UHGV virus genome: UHGV-0466892
DNA length: 41,858 nt
Strand: one strand, 5' to 3'
Source of the DNA: a virus
Within the stretch, counting starts at the first letter, position 1, and each line of letters opens with the position of its first letter. The notes under the pieces were generated by a model. It was not told the origin of the DNA. It made no database searches and saw nothing but the letters and a program-made list of their open reading frames with translations. Positions 9,489 through 20,177 of the stretch are shown here, in pieces. The translations under genes and the position numbers were made by a program.

Positions 9489-9862
9489 TTTCCCAGCGAG
9501 TCGGCGACCACCCGCGCCACCAGTTGCAGCATGGTCAGCAGGTCGATATCGTCAAACGCCATTTCGCCATGCTGGCAGACCGGCACCCAGCCTTTCATGT
9601 GCTCGCGTGAAACAACGGAAAGGCAGGGGAACAGGATAGCGTCAACGTCGCCATCGCTCAGATCGGACACAGCATTGGCAATCTTTGGCAGGATGGTAGC
9701 CATCGCGCCTTCGGTGTCTTTGCTGCTGATCTTCTCCTGAACGCTCCGGAAGTCAGAAACCATCCCGGCCAGCACCGGCAACAGCTTTCGGGACACCTTC
9801 AGCTGTTCGAAAACGCTGAGCTTTGCGGTGCGATATTTCACGCCTTTAATTTCGAATTCCAT
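9437..9862 (-). CDS. tail assembly chaperone
   Basis: 141-aa acidic protein between tail tube and tape measure genes. Confidence 0.6.
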   Translation of the reverse strand: MEFEIKGVKYRTAKLSVFEQLKVSRKLLPVLAGMVSDFRSVQEKISSKDTEGAMATILPKIANAVSDLSDGDVDAILFPCLSVVSREHMKGWVPVCQHGEMAFDDIDLLTMLQLVARVVADSLGNFLQGLPTSETPTPPAE

Positions 9863-9865
9863 GCG

Positions 9866-10306
9866 TTAAAACTCCCCGAGCAGCTGGTCAATCTTGCCGC
9901 AATCGAATACCCAGGCTACGGTTCCGCCCTCTTTGGCGTTATTGAAATCAGGCTGTTTCTGGAATGCACACGAACGCGCAGTAGAAATATCACCCGATGC
10001 CGTGTTGCGAATGACGATCACGTTATTTCCCCAGGTGGCAGAGGACTGGCTTTGCGCGTTATACGCCAGAGACAGCTTCTTGTTCACCGGGGAGGTTTTC
10101 AGCAGCGTCACCGTAATGGTGCCTGACTTATCGGCGTGCAGGCTGTGCATCACTTCGCCATCGGCACCGATGGTCATGGTGTTCTTGTTGCCGCCCATAG
10201 TCTGGGTGATACCTTCCTCAGAGTTCGCAGAACCCTGACCAAGATCGATAACTCCGGTCGGCCCGGTGAGCGACGCGGTTACATCGAGAAAAGAATAAGT
10301 TGCCAT
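9866..10306 (-). CDS. tail tube protein (DUF3277-like)
   Basis: 146-aa ORF immediately downstream of the sheath gene. Confidence 0.65.
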   Translation of the reverse strand: MATYSFLDVTASLTGPTGVIDLGQGSANSEEGITQTMGGNKNTMTIGADGEVMHSLHADKSGTITVTLLKTSPVNKKLSLAYNAQSQSSATWGNNVIVIRNTASGDISTARSCAFQKQPDFNNAKEGGTVAWVFDCGKIDQLLGEF

Positions 10307-10316
10307 TTATCGCTCC

Positions 10317-11477
10317 TTAGCGAACCACGTTGATCTGCACATCGGCAGAATGAACTGCGCCAGCCAGCTTACAGGCCACCTGGATTAACGGTGCTTTGCG
10401 CGCTTCGCGGTCGGCCTGCGCCTGTTCGGACAGCGGTTGCGCATACACGTAATAGCCTTTGGTCAGCGTATCGCCGGAATTCAGCTGTCCGATAGGGCCA
10501 CCATTCCACACGCCAGCCGCTACCAGACCATTCGTGACGGACTGATCCATGGACTGTTCAACGTTGGAAAGCAGACGGGTCACACCGGCATCAGTCTGCG
10601 GAATTTTGGTGGTGCTGGTGTAAAGCAGGTTATAGAGGTTGGTCTGAACGTAGTTCTGCAACCAGTCGAGCCCGTGGCGCTCGTCGAAGAAGTCACCGTT
10701 CGCCATGACACCCTGTTGCAGGATCGCCGTGTCGTTGGCGTAGTACACGAACACGTTCGCATTCTTCGCATCCACAGCCGCCGCCTGTCCTACCGTCAGC
10801 GTTTCGTAGGTTACGCTCGGTTCCTGTTTGAATTTCAGGGTAATGGTAGTATTGCTGCCGTTGAAATTGACAGTAAACGCGCGACCGAAAGCTGAAACCG
10901 CCGCATAAGGGCTGCTGGTGGAATATTGAATAAAGGTACGGGTATACTTACCGGCCTTTAATTTAGACGCAACATCGGTCGTCGAAGTCGTGCTGATGAT
11001 CTCAGCGTCGGCTGACGTTACCCCGAAAATGCGGCTCAGGCTGGACGCTTCGATGAGTTTAGCAACCTCAATCACGTCGTCAGCATCAAGCACATCATCG
11101 CCATCAGCAACATCATCAGCGACAACCAGCCCATACCAGTTGGTATACTGCAGGCAGGCATTAACAGCTTGCACGATGGTTTCCACGCTTCCACCTTCGG
11201 AAGAGGTCAGCGTCTTCGCCCAGCGGCCAACATAAACCTGCGTCGGCTTCGGCGACTGGCTGAAGAAAACCTGCGCCGCTTCATATTCCGGGCTGTCGAC
11301 TCCGAAGTCCTCGCCAATGTCCTCAACGGACGCATAAAGGCGAACGCGCTCCTGCACCGGAATGACAGTGGAAGAACCGAGGATCAGCAGCGCGCCGAAG
11401 TTACGACCAGTAGCCGCTTTCGGCGAGATGATCACATCAACGTTTACAACGTTGGATACAGGTAAGCCCTGCGTCAT
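10317..11477 (-). CDS. tail sheath protein (DUF3383-like)
   Basis: 386-aa ORF preceding the tube, chaperone and tape measure genes. Confidence 0.65.
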   Translation of the reverse strand: MTQGLPVSNVVNVDVIISPKAATGRNFGALLILGSSTVIPVQERVRLYASVEDIGEDFGVDSPEYEAAQVFFSQSPKPTQVYVGRWAKTLTSSEGGSVETIVQAVNACLQYTNWYGLVVADDVADGDDVLDADDVIEVAKLIEASSLSRIFGVTSADAEIISTTSTTDVASKLKAGKYTRTFIQYSTSSPYAAVSAFGRAFTVNFNGSNTTITLKFKQEPSVTYETLTVGQAAAVDAKNANVFVYYANDTAILQQGVMANGDFFDERHGLDWLQNYVQTNLYNLLYTSTTKIPQTDAGVTRLLSNVEQSMDQSVTNGLVAAGVWNGGPIGQLNSGDTLTKGYYVYAQPLSEQAQADREARKAPLIQVACKLAGAVHSADVQINVVR

Positions 11478-11480
11478 AGT

Positions 11481-12086
11481 TTATTCTCCAAAAAAGGTGA
11501 CTGGCGCTTCCACCAGCGATTTAATGCCGTACTCGCGCACGACCTTCCGGCGCAGGCGCACCGTCATGTCGTAGCGGCGAACCCATTGCTGGTTGATAAG
11601 TTCGGGGAAAGGGGTCAGACCGGTATAGTCGCCCAGAGACAAACCAAGCGCGTTCAGCTCAGCATTGTTTTGCGGGACAGATATGCCATCGCGAAAACGG
11701 GACGCATAAGACATACCAGCCGGGCCATAGAACGACGCCATGCACTCGAACGTTTCATGCCGCCAGAGCTGAGCGCCCTCGTCGGTCTGATTGGTGAATG
11801 CAGGGTTGTTATCAATGAGCAACCCGGTAACGCCAAACGCGCACCAGTTCGTTTCAACGGGTGGCTGTGGCGGCTGATTTTTCTGCCAGCGCGGACGAAC
11901 CATTCCAGACGGCAAGCCGGAAACATTGCGCATCCACTGGCTTAGCAGCCTGTCGAGCGCTTCGTCATAATCCGGATCGCCACTGGTTGGTATCAGCCAG
12001 CCGCGCTCTGTGCTGGTGTTATTGCTCAATGGGAGTTCCCCCATCAAACGGCAGTAATTCACAATGAGCCTGGACGAAGCCAGCAC
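11481..12086 (-). CDS. virion structural protein (tail completion / neck); start uncertain
   Basis: 201-aa ORF between connector genes and sheath; overlaps the upstream gene, so the true start may be the internal Met near 12044. Confidence 0.4.
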   Translation of the reverse strand: MLASSRLIVNYCRLMGELPLSNNTSTERGWLIPTSGDPDYDEALDRLLSQWMRNVSGLPSGMVRPRWQKNQPPQPPVETNWCAFGVTGLLIDNNPAFTNQTDEGAQLWRHETFECMASFYGPAGMSYASRFRDGISVPQNNAELNALGLSLGDYTGLTPFPELINQQWVRRYDMTVRLRRKVVREYGIKSLVEAPVTFFGE

Positions 12087-12408
12087 CGTAAGCCGTATAC
12101 GGGTCGACGAATGTCACGCGATAATCACGGTTCTGATACGTCACGATATCGGCATCACGGCCAGTCTGCCCCTGCGTCAGCCGCTCAGTTGTCACGATGA
12201 GAATCGCGCCGCTGATAACCTGCCCGGCCTGCATGCGGCGGTTTTCCAGGGAGCGGTCAACAGTAACAACCCCGGCAAACTGCGTTTTAACTTCGCTGTC
12301 GCTGCCGATCCCGTCATCGTCCACCGTTTGCGCGCGACGCGTTACCCACAGGTTGAAGTCGCAAAAATCGGGGTCAAAAAGCACGTCTGTTACATCAAGA
12401 GTCGGCAT
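12019..12408 (-). CDS. head-tail joining protein (hypothetical)
   Basis: 129-aa ORF in the connector region. Confidence 0.4.
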   Translation of the reverse strand: MPTLDVTDVLFDPDFCDFNLWVTRRAQTVDDDGIGSDSEVKTQFAGVVTVDRSLENRRMQAGQVISGAILIVTTERLTQGQTGRDADIVTYQNRDYRVTFVDPYTAYGAGFVQAHCELLPFDGGTPIEQ

Positions 12409-12949
12409 CTTTATCCCTCACAATATGGGTAATAGCTCTGCGATATTGCCCGGTGTCGATTAGCGGTTTCACCAGATCGGTTCCAGGAGACTCACCAGCA
12501 GCGCGCCGCGCAAGTTCCTCTTTTGCCCCTTTGCGCCCACGGCGTGCGCGTGCTTCAACGGTGCTATCAGCAAGCGGTGTAAAGCCGGTAATGGTCATGT
12601 AACGCCTGACACCATTCGCGGCCAGCGTTCCGGCGCGGTTAAGCGCTCTTTCCGCACCCGCCGCATTTCCATCAAGCGCAGCCTGCGCCGCTGCTTTGAG
12701 CTGCGGCACCGTCTGTTCCTCTACGGATTTAACGCCGGGGATCAGGTGCGGGCGTGGGGGTATGTTTTGCGCTGGTGAGCCGTATTCGTTGACGTAACCG
12801 ATCCCGGCATTACCAAACGGAACATCCTCACGCTCGCTGTCTTCTTCCGGGATGCCCACCAGCACATCCTTTTTGGTTAGCGACCGGAGCGCATCCAGAA
12901 TGGCCTGAGCGTTATCAACCCTCGTTGTTACACCACTTTTGAAACTCAT
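12395..12949 (-). CDS. virion morphogenesis / head completion protein (hypothetical)
   Basis: 184-aa ORF in the connector region; Ala/Arg-rich. Confidence 0.4.
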   Translation of the reverse strand: MSFKSGVTTRVDNAQAILDALRSLTKKDVLVGIPEEDSEREDVPFGNAGIGYVNEYGSPAQNIPPRPHLIPGVKSVEEQTVPQLKAAAQAALDGNAAGAERALNRAGTLAANGVRRYMTITGFTPLADSTVEARARRGRKGAKEELARRAAGESPGTDLVKPLIDTGQYRRAITHIVRDKDADS

Positions 12950-13356
12950 AGCTGGCGACCGCCCGCACCGAACATCGTGATCAGCTGATAAAATTCAGCG
13001 CCATATCGGGTGTTATTCCAGAAGCCTGCGTCAGGGTTTAGCGTCGCGCTGGTGTCATAGCTGACGCTTACCTTGTCAACGGACTTGGAGGACTGAACAC
13101 CATTGGTTGAGCCACCCGGGCCGCCGACGAGCATTGCCCGGCTATCTGCCGCCCAGAGCGTCATGTAGTGAGCCACGAACAACTCGACAAAGTACGGAAA
13201 CAACTCTTTGCCGGTGACGTTTTCGCTCAGCAGCACATCAGCCAGATTCAGACGAAACTGGATTTGTGCTTCGGGATATTTGGCAGGGTCAGCAAACTGT
13301 GGAAAGTCGCGCCGAAAATCACTTACTGTTGGCAGGCTTTGATTCTTTGGCATCTT
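12946..13356 (-). CDS. DUF4054-like head-tail connector protein (start trimmed to an internal Met)
   Basis: ORF 12946..13452; the first ~30 codons are Cys/Arg-rich and overlap the upstream gene, so the likely start is [10 protein letters not shown]. Confidence 0.45.
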   Translation of the reverse strand, partial: KMPKNQSLPTVSDFRRDFPQFADPAKYPEAQIQFRLNLADVLLSENVTGKELFPYFVELFVAHYMTLWAADSRAMLVGGPGGSTNGVQSSKSVDKVSVSYDTSATLNPDAGFWNNTRYGAEFYQLITMFGAGGRQL

Positions 13357-13708
13357 TCGCCCCATTACCGCCAGTCTGGGCGGCAGCAATCTGCGCTTGC
13401 AGGCTGTCGTTCTGCTCTTGCAGCTTGAGCAGCGCTTCTCGCAGATCGGCAATCAACTGATCTTTATCGATAATCTGCTTATCTTTGTCGGCAATCTGAG
13501 CTTGCAGGCTGTCGATAATGGGTTGCAGATCATCGGTGTCGCTAATCACGCTTTCGGAAAGCTCGGAGTGCGCCTGGGTGAACCAGTGCGACGCGACCTC
13601 TTCCGGTACGTTATGCCGTCCCCGGCCAAACTCCCTTTTTGACTGATCGCCGAGCGTCAGCGTAAACGGGGTGTGAACATGGATGGTAACCAGCTTTTCT
13701 TTCGCCAT
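13319..13708 (-). CDS. coiled-coil head protein (hypothetical)
   Basis: 129 aa; heptad-like segment [42 protein letters not shown]; lies just downstream of the major capsid gene. Confidence 0.45.
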   Translation of the reverse strand: MAKEKLVTIHVHTPFTLTLGDQSKREFGRGRHNVPEEVASHWFTQAHSELSESVISDTDDLQPIIDSLQAQIADKDKQIIDKDQLIADLREALLKLQEQNDSLQAQIAAAQTGGNGAKDAKESKPANSK

Positions 13709-13749
13709 TTTCAGTTCCCTTCTGGCCCCTTTCGGGGCCGTTCTGGTTA

Positions 13750-14691
13750 TCAGATACCGTCCACGTAGGACAGGGTTTCTTTGTACACTGGCTCAACCGC
13801 ACCGAGCTTGCCGTAGTAGGTCGCAATCTGATACAGACCGCGATACTGGACAGGAACGCTCTGCAACGGCACCAGCGGATAGCGCACGTATTTCTTGTCG
13901 TTGGTGTAGGCGATCATACGGTCTTTACCGCCAACCCCACGCCCTTTCAGCCATTTGACCGCTTTGATTTCAAGCGGAACGCCGTTCTGGTGGAAAGCGA
14001 TAGTGTTCACAGCCAGATAGGTCAGCAGTGACTGGTTACCCGCTTCGGAAACCTTACGGCTCGCCAGCAGTGAATACTGCTCTGGCGGAATGCGCAGATC
14101 AGAAGGCACGATGGAATAACCGGATGCTGCCCAGGCATTAGACAGAATGCTGTTCACGCTATCGAGGATCTCGTCGTTGGTTGAGTTCGCCCAGGTCTTC
14201 GGCGCGTTGTTCAGCGTCACACCGACGAGGTTTGCCAGACCTTTCAGGCCGAGTGCGTCATCACCGATGTAAACCTGCTCGTCGTTGTCCATCTGCCATT
14301 TGAGCTGCATCCCGTCGTACTTCTGGGTATCAATCGGGCGGCCTACCTGCTGAGCAGCTGCCAGCTCTACAACGGTCCAGCCCAGTTCCATACCCCAGAG
14401 GTTCAGTGGATTGCCGTCTTTGCTGATATCCACGTTCACGCCAGCAATAGCGGTGGAGTCTTTGCCTACCCAGTTTTTACCATTCGGATTTGCACCAGTA
14501 CCCGCAGCGGCGAAGCTGGTATTCGTCCAGCTGGAAATGTCATCTGCGATAGACACGTCTTCACGCAGTTGAATATCTCGGGTCCAGGTGTACCCCACCA
14601 GAGGCAGGTTCAGCGTCTGGTCGAGTCGCTCCAGCTCCCCGATGAGAAAGGCACCGGAGCTATCTACGGTTGCCTGATCAAAAGTAATCAT
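13750..14691 (-). CDS. major capsid protein (DUF2184-like)
   Basis: 313-aa ORF after scaffold and decoration-like genes. Confidence 0.7.
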   Translation of the reverse strand: MITFDQATVDSSGAFLIGELERLDQTLNLPLVGYTWTRDIQLREDVSIADDISSWTNTSFAAAGTGANPNGKNWVGKDSTAIAGVNVDISKDGNPLNLWGMELGWTVVELAAAQQVGRPIDTQKYDGMQLKWQMDNDEQVYIGDDALGLKGLANLVGVTLNNAPKTWANSTNDEILDSVNSILSNAWAASGYSIVPSDLRIPPEQYSLLASRKVSEAGNQSLLTYLAVNTIAFHQNGVPLEIKAVKWLKGRGVGGKDRMIAYTNDKKYVRYPLVPLQSVPVQYRGLYQIATYYGKLGAVEPVYKETLSYVDGI

Positions 14692-14702
14692 TTGTCTGTT
14701 CC

Positions 14703-15206
14703 TTAAATCTTCCAGGAGATTTCTACATTGCCGTTAGCGTCACCGGCCCCTGTGAATTCGGCGTTGGTCAGCGCCACGTTTTTGCCACTGACGGACGTGG
14801 ACATGAAGCCGCCCAGCGGCACTTTTATGGATTCATCAGTGGAGACGACAACGTATACCGGGTCGCCTTTTTTGATGGTGCTGGCATCAAAATCAGAACC
14901 GAGATTAACGGTCATGTAGCCACGCTTCATGGCGTCACCCGGGAAGTTCTTATCCGTCCCCACCTGGCGAACCATGTCTGGCTGCGATGTGGTCGGATAC
15001 GGACGAACGTAGATCCCCTTCACCTTGTCGGCGGTGTCACCGTCCGCCAGCGGCACGAAAAAGCCGTCAGCGTCATATTTGCCAGCCAGACCATAGGCAG
15101 CGAAGGCGTTAGCGGATTTAAGGATCACCGGTTCGACGGTTAAGTCCTGCGGGCGAGAGATAGCCCCGGCAATGCCAACAGGCATCCGGTACAGATATGC
15201 AGTCAT
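14703..15206 (-). CDS. capsid-associated protein (head decoration / DUF2190-like)
   Basis: 167-aa ORF between scaffold and major capsid genes. Confidence 0.45.
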   Translation of the reverse strand: MTAYLYRMPVGIAGAISRPQDLTVEPVILKSANAFAAYGLAGKYDADGFFVPLADGDTADKVKGIYVRPYPTTSQPDMVRQVGTDKNFPGDAMKRGYMTVNLGSDFDASTIKKGDPVYVVVSTDESIKVPLGGFMSTSVSGKNVALTNAEFTGAGDANGNVEISWKI

Positions 15207-15210
15207 TGGA

Positions 15211-16443
15211 TTATCCTTTGCGGTTAGACCAGAAGTCGGCGTTTTGTTTGTTCAGGGAAGCGATGCTGGTCATGCCCATATTTGGACGTTGTGCATCGCC
15301 CGTGGTGCTGCGGGTGTTTCGCCCTTTGGCAATCTCTGACACGGCGTTAAACGCCATATCTACCGATTGCTTGGGCAATTTGCGGATATCCGCATCACCG
15401 ACAACCTGGCGAACCAGTGTTTTGTCAGCGGCAGCCAGCACATCACGTTTGAACGCGGTCGGTTTCACCTTACGGCTCAGATCGATACCCGGGACGATAA
15501 CCTCGGCACGATAGGCAGAGTCACCGGTAATCGTGGTTTCCTCTTCGTCGTCCTCGCCGTCGCCGGTCGGATCTTTTTTGTCTTTTTCGTCAGGCTTATT
15601 GTCGTTATCGCCCGTCGCAGTTCCTTCGAGCTTAGCCAGCAGGGCTTTGAGCAAGGTTTTGATATCGTCCTCGCCGTCGCCGGTTGGATCTCCGCCCATT
15701 TCCGGCTTTTTGTCCGGCAATGGTTGCTGCGGTGAAAGGTTAATGTTGAGGTTAACGCCGCTCGGCAGATCCCCTTCGTCACCCGTTACCGCCGCTGGCG
15801 CAGAGTCCAGCAGTTCGTTCATGGTGTCAGCGTCACCCGTTTTGATGGCCGTGCGCATGCGGGTCCACCAGCTTTTCTTTTGATTTGCCATTGTGTCTCT
15901 GTCTCCAATTGCACAACGATTTCCGGCTCTGCCTTTAGGGACAAGAGCCACATGGTTTCCGGTAATATCGACCTGCTCGGCTTTACCTGGCTCGGTCTGC
16001 TCGTACTCCGCGTCATAGCCGCACGACACTTCGCGCAGACCATCTTCGATAAGCTGAATGGCGCTTTCGTCTTTGACGATAAGGTCTGCCAGCATCAAAT
16101 CAGACTGGTCACCAGTCCCGCGCCGAACGTTCTGAAGATGCCCGACCGCAAGCTCTTTCCAGTTCTCGGGATTTACCAGCCGCACATTCCCGTTTTCATC
16201 TTCAGGATGCAGGATCGTGATGCTCATCCCTTCGAATGAGGCGAGCGTGGCCGGATGGAATACCTGCTCAGGAGAACGCGTTACGACTATCTCACCGAGC
16301 TTGTCGGGTTTGAGGTTTGGCAGATCGGCAGCGCCGTAGAGCTGCTTACCCGTTCGACCTATCGGCACGTCTTTACACAACAGCGAGCCGTCAGCCAGCT
16401 GATAGCGGGTTTCCCCCAGCCGGGTATTGAAAAAATATTTCAT
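15211..16443 (-). CDS. head scaffold / maturation protein (DUF2213-like) with acidic repeat linker
   Basis: 410-aa ORF after the Mu F-like gene; acidic central region containing an in-frame 26-bp duplication. Confidence 0.6.
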   Translation of the reverse strand: MKYFFNTRLGETRYQLADGSLLCKDVPIGRTGKQLYGAADLPNLKPDKLGEIVVTRSPEQVFHPATLASFEGMSITILHPEDENGNVRLVNPENWKELAVGHLQNVRRGTGDQSDLMLADLIVKDESAIQLIEDGLREVSCGYDAEYEQTEPGKAEQVDITGNHVALVPKGRAGNRCAIGDRDTMANQKKSWWTRMRTAIKTGDADTMNELLDSAPAAVTGDEGDLPSGVNLNINLSPQQPLPDKKPEMGGDPTGDGEDDIKTLLKALLAKLEGTATGDNDNKPDEKDKKDPTGDGEDDEEETTITGDSAYRAEVIVPGIDLSRKVKPTAFKRDVLAAADKTLVRQVVGDADIRKLPKQSVDMAFNAVSEIAKGRNTRSTTGDAQRPNMGMTSIASLNKQNADFWSNRKG

Positions 16444-16457
16444 GGTTTACCTGCGAT

Positions 16458-17231
16458 TCAGGCGAGATAAGAATGAGGGTTGGGGAAGACGATTTCTTTG
16501 TAACAGCGGCAGTTCGGCAGCTCACCAGCGTGACCGGTCATACCGTCAAGCGTTGGAGGTCGGCCCCATTCGACAAACTTACCTTCCATCTCCCGATGAG
16601 AATGCCGGACGTCGCCATCTTCGGCTGTACGCCAGATATAACCATTCGAGCCGATTGACAGCGCACGCGCCTGATCCAATGCACCGGTTGCGCGCCCAAG
16701 CTCAGTCCGGGCGATAAGGTTCGCTCGTGAGCGTGACACGTCACCGGAAGCAGCTATCTCTTTCGCGAATGGCTCAGCGCGGCCACCAGTTACTACAGCC
16801 TCGATGGCCTTGTTCTGAATGTCATACACCCGATCGGCGGCCTCAAGAGGCAGAGATTTGATGTACTTAATTTGCTCGGCGACGATGGATTTCATCACCT
16901 GGCCTACCGGGGCGCGGTCGACCATGTTGCGTAGTTCTGCGCTGATGTTCCGACTGTGCTGACGCCACTGCTTTTCATTCTGGCGCGCAATGTCGGCGGT
17001 GAAGCTCTCAGCAACCTTAGTCGCCCAGGGGGTGATGATTTCGCTGTAGCGCTCCAGCGCATCCATTATTTCGGTGACGCTATCGTTTGAACCATCGTAG
17101 CGACCATTTACGATATCCCCGACCGCCCGCGCTATCTGCCGTAGACTCGTTCGATATCGGATCTCCGCCTGGCGGCTCTGGCGGTTTGTCGCCAAGTTCG
17201 CCGATGCCTGGCGGCGCTTCGTCTTCGGCAT
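16458..17231 (-). CDS. head morphogenesis protein, Mu F / SPP1 gp7 family
   Basis: 257-aa ORF downstream of portal; its first ~50 codons overlap the portal 3' end in another frame; alternative start at Met56 near 17066. Confidence 0.7.
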   Translation of the reverse strand: MPKTKRRQASANLATNRQSRQAEIRYRTSLRQIARAVGDIVNGRYDGSNDSVTEIMDALERYSEIITPWATKVAESFTADIARQNEKQWRQHSRNISAELRNMVDRAPVGQVMKSIVAEQIKYIKSLPLEAADRVYDIQNKAIEAVVTGGRAEPFAKEIAASGDVSRSRANLIARTELGRATGALDQARALSIGSNGYIWRTAEDGDVRHSHREMEGKFVEWGRPPTLDGMTGHAGELPNCRCYKEIVFPNPHSYLA

Positions 17232-18549
17232 TCTCGATATCCTCGTCGGTAATGGATGCCCCGATGCCGGTGACGTCAGAGTTTTCGCGCAGGTCGGTCA
17301 TCGCCGCCTTACGCGTCATCAATCCGTCGCCCAGCGCGGTACTGATCGCGTTGGTGGTGTTTACGGCCACCGTTGATCGGTCAACGTCTGACATTTGCCA
17401 TAGCGGGTTAAACTCAAACGTGAAATCGTCCGGCAGCGGCTTTCCGAGTTCCGAGCGGTGCATAATGTCCAGTATCCGGCGCATCGGCAGCCGTAAGCGG
17501 CGCTCCTGCAATGAGCTCACCCGGTCGTAATAGTTGGCGAGGTCTGCATCACCAGTAGAGAAGCCTTTCGGGGATTGACCGAACAGGCGTACCAGCGGGA
17601 TACCAACGGCACCGCTGATCTGCTCAGCAAACTGCGAAAGAATGTCATCCAGACCACTAAAGCTGTACTGGTGGGTTTCGAACTTATCCCGCGAGTCCAT
17701 GAGCGTCATACCTTCATTGCTCTGGAACTGGCGGATCAGGTCGATGTTCTTCAGCAACGCTTCGAACGCCGGGCCTCCAAGCGCGATAAGCTCGCGCAAC
17801 TTCTCCACGCTATAGGTACGCAGATGCGCTTTATAGACCAGCTGCGCCGCGCCGACAGTAGCGCTATCGAACGCAGTAAGCCGATCCCAGATACGCTCTA
17901 CAACCGACATTCCCCATTCGTTTTCGGTCATCTTCTGCTGGAATGGCAGCGTCACCCCGTCGAAGCGAATCAGGCGGCTGTGATGGATGCGCCAGGCCGG
18001 GATGCCCGTTGCAGTGGTCACCACGTCGTAAAACTCAGGCTTGCCGAGGTCCGGCCCCATATCTTTAATGCGGCGGGTCAGCACCGGGTTAATCATCCAG
18101 CGGTCGAGCGGGAGAATGCCCTTAAACTTGCCTTCTCCAATGGTTTCGAGCCGCAACGGGGTCATTGGTGCCTGCCCCTCAATCATGATGAAGCCCACCG
18201 CGCCGCCGTAGAGACGCGACCATTTCAGCACGTCGTTCAGCGCATCCCAGATCTGCAACTCATCCAGCTGCGCTTCCAGGGTGCCACGGTCTTTGGCGTC
18301 AATCTCCGAAGTGATGCGAATGCCTTTCCGGGTCATATCGTCCGGGATAGCGTCGACCGCTTCGCCGATAACCCACGATCCGCGATATGACCATTCCACC
18401 AGCATGCGGTTGCGGCTGGTGAAGTTCGCCCGGTAGGTCGATGCTGAATGCTGGTTAGGCGTCTGCATCCCCACGCGGGCGACAAAGTTTTCATAGCCAT
18501 CAGCGGTGGCCTGCGCCGTTCGCTGAGAGGCTTGCTTGTTTCGTGCCAT
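17080..18549 (-). CDS. portal protein
   Basis: 489-aa ORF immediately after the large terminase gene; acidic C-terminus. Confidence 0.8.
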   Translation of the reverse strand: MARNKQASQRTAQATADGYENFVARVGMQTPNQHSASTYRANFTSRNRMLVEWSYRGSWVIGEAVDAIPDDMTRKGIRITSEIDAKDRGTLEAQLDELQIWDALNDVLKWSRLYGGAVGFIMIEGQAPMTPLRLETIGEGKFKGILPLDRWMINPVLTRRIKDMGPDLGKPEFYDVVTTATGIPAWRIHHSRLIRFDGVTLPFQQKMTENEWGMSVVERIWDRLTAFDSATVGAAQLVYKAHLRTYSVEKLRELIALGGPAFEALLKNIDLIRQFQSNEGMTLMDSRDKFETHQYSFSGLDDILSQFAEQISGAVGIPLVRLFGQSPKGFSTGDADLANYYDRVSSLQERRLRLPMRRILDIMHRSELGKPLPDDFTFEFNPLWQMSDVDRSTVAVNTTNAISTALGDGLMTRKAAMTDLRENSDVTGIGASITDEDIENAEDEAPPGIGELGDKPPEPPGGDPISNESTADSAGGRGYRKWSLRWFKR

Positions 18550-20177
18550 CAGGCCTGTCTCCCTAGCAGCTCCCAGATGTTCAGGGCTGAATTCATTGGC
18601 GCGTAGCTGATCATCACCGAGTCGGCGAGGTTCGGCGACTTGGTGCCGTCAGGCTGTTTATCAACAACGATTTTCCCCACACCGTTAATGGAATAGGTCG
18701 GTTGCGACAGCTCGATGATGAGTTTGTCTTTGCTCGCCATGGCGCTGCTGATTGAGATAATTTCGTCCGGGTTGTAGGCCATTCCCTCAACCACGGCGCG
18801 CCAGGTGTTCTGGAAAAGCTTGCGTAATTGCCACCAGCTCTGGGCCTTGGCGTTAGCAAAGAAGTCCTTGTTCAGGCGGGCGGCCTGTCCGTTGTCGCCG
18901 CGCACCGCTTCGTCGTCCGGATCAAACACCGCGCCGCTACCGCGAAACGGTGTGGCGAGTATTGACGGTCGGCGCGCAGCGTTACGCAGTTCGTTGATGG
19001 CGCGTGCATCGCCGCGAACGCCAGCGCCCAGGCCGTCCTCGTCGAAGCGAAATTCTTCGAGGTTGTCCTGTTCGCAAAAGCCGAAGACCTTCTCAACGGA
19101 CTGGTAAATGTCGCTGCCCACGCCGGACCATTCCCGCACGTTCTCCAGGAGGAAGCCGTGACGGGTCGAAAAGGCGTTTTTGTCCCGGCCTTCGTCGGCG
19201 ACGTCCATCGCGCCCAGTCGCTTGCCCGTTGGCTGAATACCAAGTTTGATATGCGCGTCGACGGCAGCCTGTACCCAGTCGGACGGGATCAGGACGCCTT
19301 CCGCAGATGCGCTGTAGTTCAGGTCAAGTTCCTGCGCCACCACCACCGGATTGTCGATTTTCTCGCACTCCCTGCGATACCACTCTTCATCCTTGCGCGG
19401 GTCATCTCGCCAGTGGAACGTGAATACTGGTATTTTTCCGCCGTGGCGCTTCTGCGCGAACGGGTTCGCCATGCCATTAACCGAGCTCAGGTCAATACGG
19501 CAACGGGTGGTTTGCGACAGCGCCGCATCAATCAACAGAGGACGCTGGAGGAATGCAGCTTCATCCACCAGGTAGAGCGTGGTACGGTCACCACGTCCGA
19601 TATTGTCGCCAGCCTCGCCTTTGATAACCGCGCCAGTATCGGGAAACTCAACGCGCATGTACGGCGCGTGCTTCTTCTCGTCCCACGAACCGCGAAACTC
19701 GACGGGCAGCGTTTCCACGAACTTGCGCGCCTTCCAGAACAGCGCCTTCGGGTCTCCGGTGCTGTCGACGTATTCCTCTTTACGGGAGCCGAAGCCGATG
19801 ACCATTTCTTTGTTGAAGAGGCAGAGCGAACAGGCCAGCCCGATCGCCGTCCAGCTGAGCCCCATTTCGCGGCTCTTTTCGGTGATGCCGTTCTCCAGCC
19901 GTTCGCGCCGCTCCATGATCCAGTGAATCCACTCTTCCTGTTTCGGAAACAGCAGAAAAGGGATGGTGACCGGCAGGCCATAATCGATGTTACGCGGGTC
20001 AGTAGTCATCCCCCAGTCGATGATGAACTGTGCCGGGTTGGTGCGGTAAAACTGCTTTAGCGCTGGCAGCATTTCAGGGTTCTGGCGAATGCGCTGTAAG
20101 CGCTCCATCCGCCATTCAAAAACCATCTGGTAATCAGGGTTTCTGAAATCGAATTCAAACGGGAGAGGCATGATCAC
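18549..20177 (-). CDS. terminase large subunit
   Basis: 542-aa ORF; position after the small subunit; Walker-like and nuclease-domain character; GTG start overlapping the TerS stop. Confidence 0.85.
   Translation of the reverse strand: MIMPLPFEFDFRNPDYQMVFEWRMERLQRIRQNPEMLPALKQFYRTNPAQFIIDWGMTTDPRNIDYGLPVTIPFLLFPKQEEWIHWIMERRERLENGITEKSREMGLSWTAIGLACSLCLFNKEMVIGFGSRKEEYVDSTGDPKALFWKARKFVETLPVEFRGSWDEKKHAPYMRVEFPDTGAVIKGEAGDNIGRGDRTTLYLVDEAAFLQRPLLIDAALSQTTRCRIDLSSVNGMANPFAQKRHGGKIPVFTFHWRDDPRKDEEWYRRECEKIDNPVVVAQELDLNYSASAEGVLIPSDWVQAAVDAHIKLGIQPTGKRLGAMDVADEGRDKNAFSTRHGFLLENVREWSGVGSDIYQSVEKVFGFCEQDNLEEFRFDEDGLGAGVRGDARAINELRNAARRPSILATPFRGSGAVFDPDDEAVRGDNGQAARLNKDFFANAKAQSWWQLRKLFQNTWRAVVEGMAYNPDEIISISSAMASKDKLIIELSQPTYSINGVGKIVVDKQPDGTKSPNLADSVMISYAPMNSALNIWELLGRQA

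Noticed and set aside
17575-18390. 271-aa plus-strand ORF inside the portal gene
   Set aside because: Antisense to portal; low-complexity R/A/L-rich translation; no independent signals.
19158-20060. 300-aa plus-strand ORF inside the terminase large subunit gene
   Set aside because: Antisense to a confidently assigned gene; Arg/Ala/Pro-rich low-complexity translation typical of reverse frames in GC-rich coding DNA; no ribosome-binding site.
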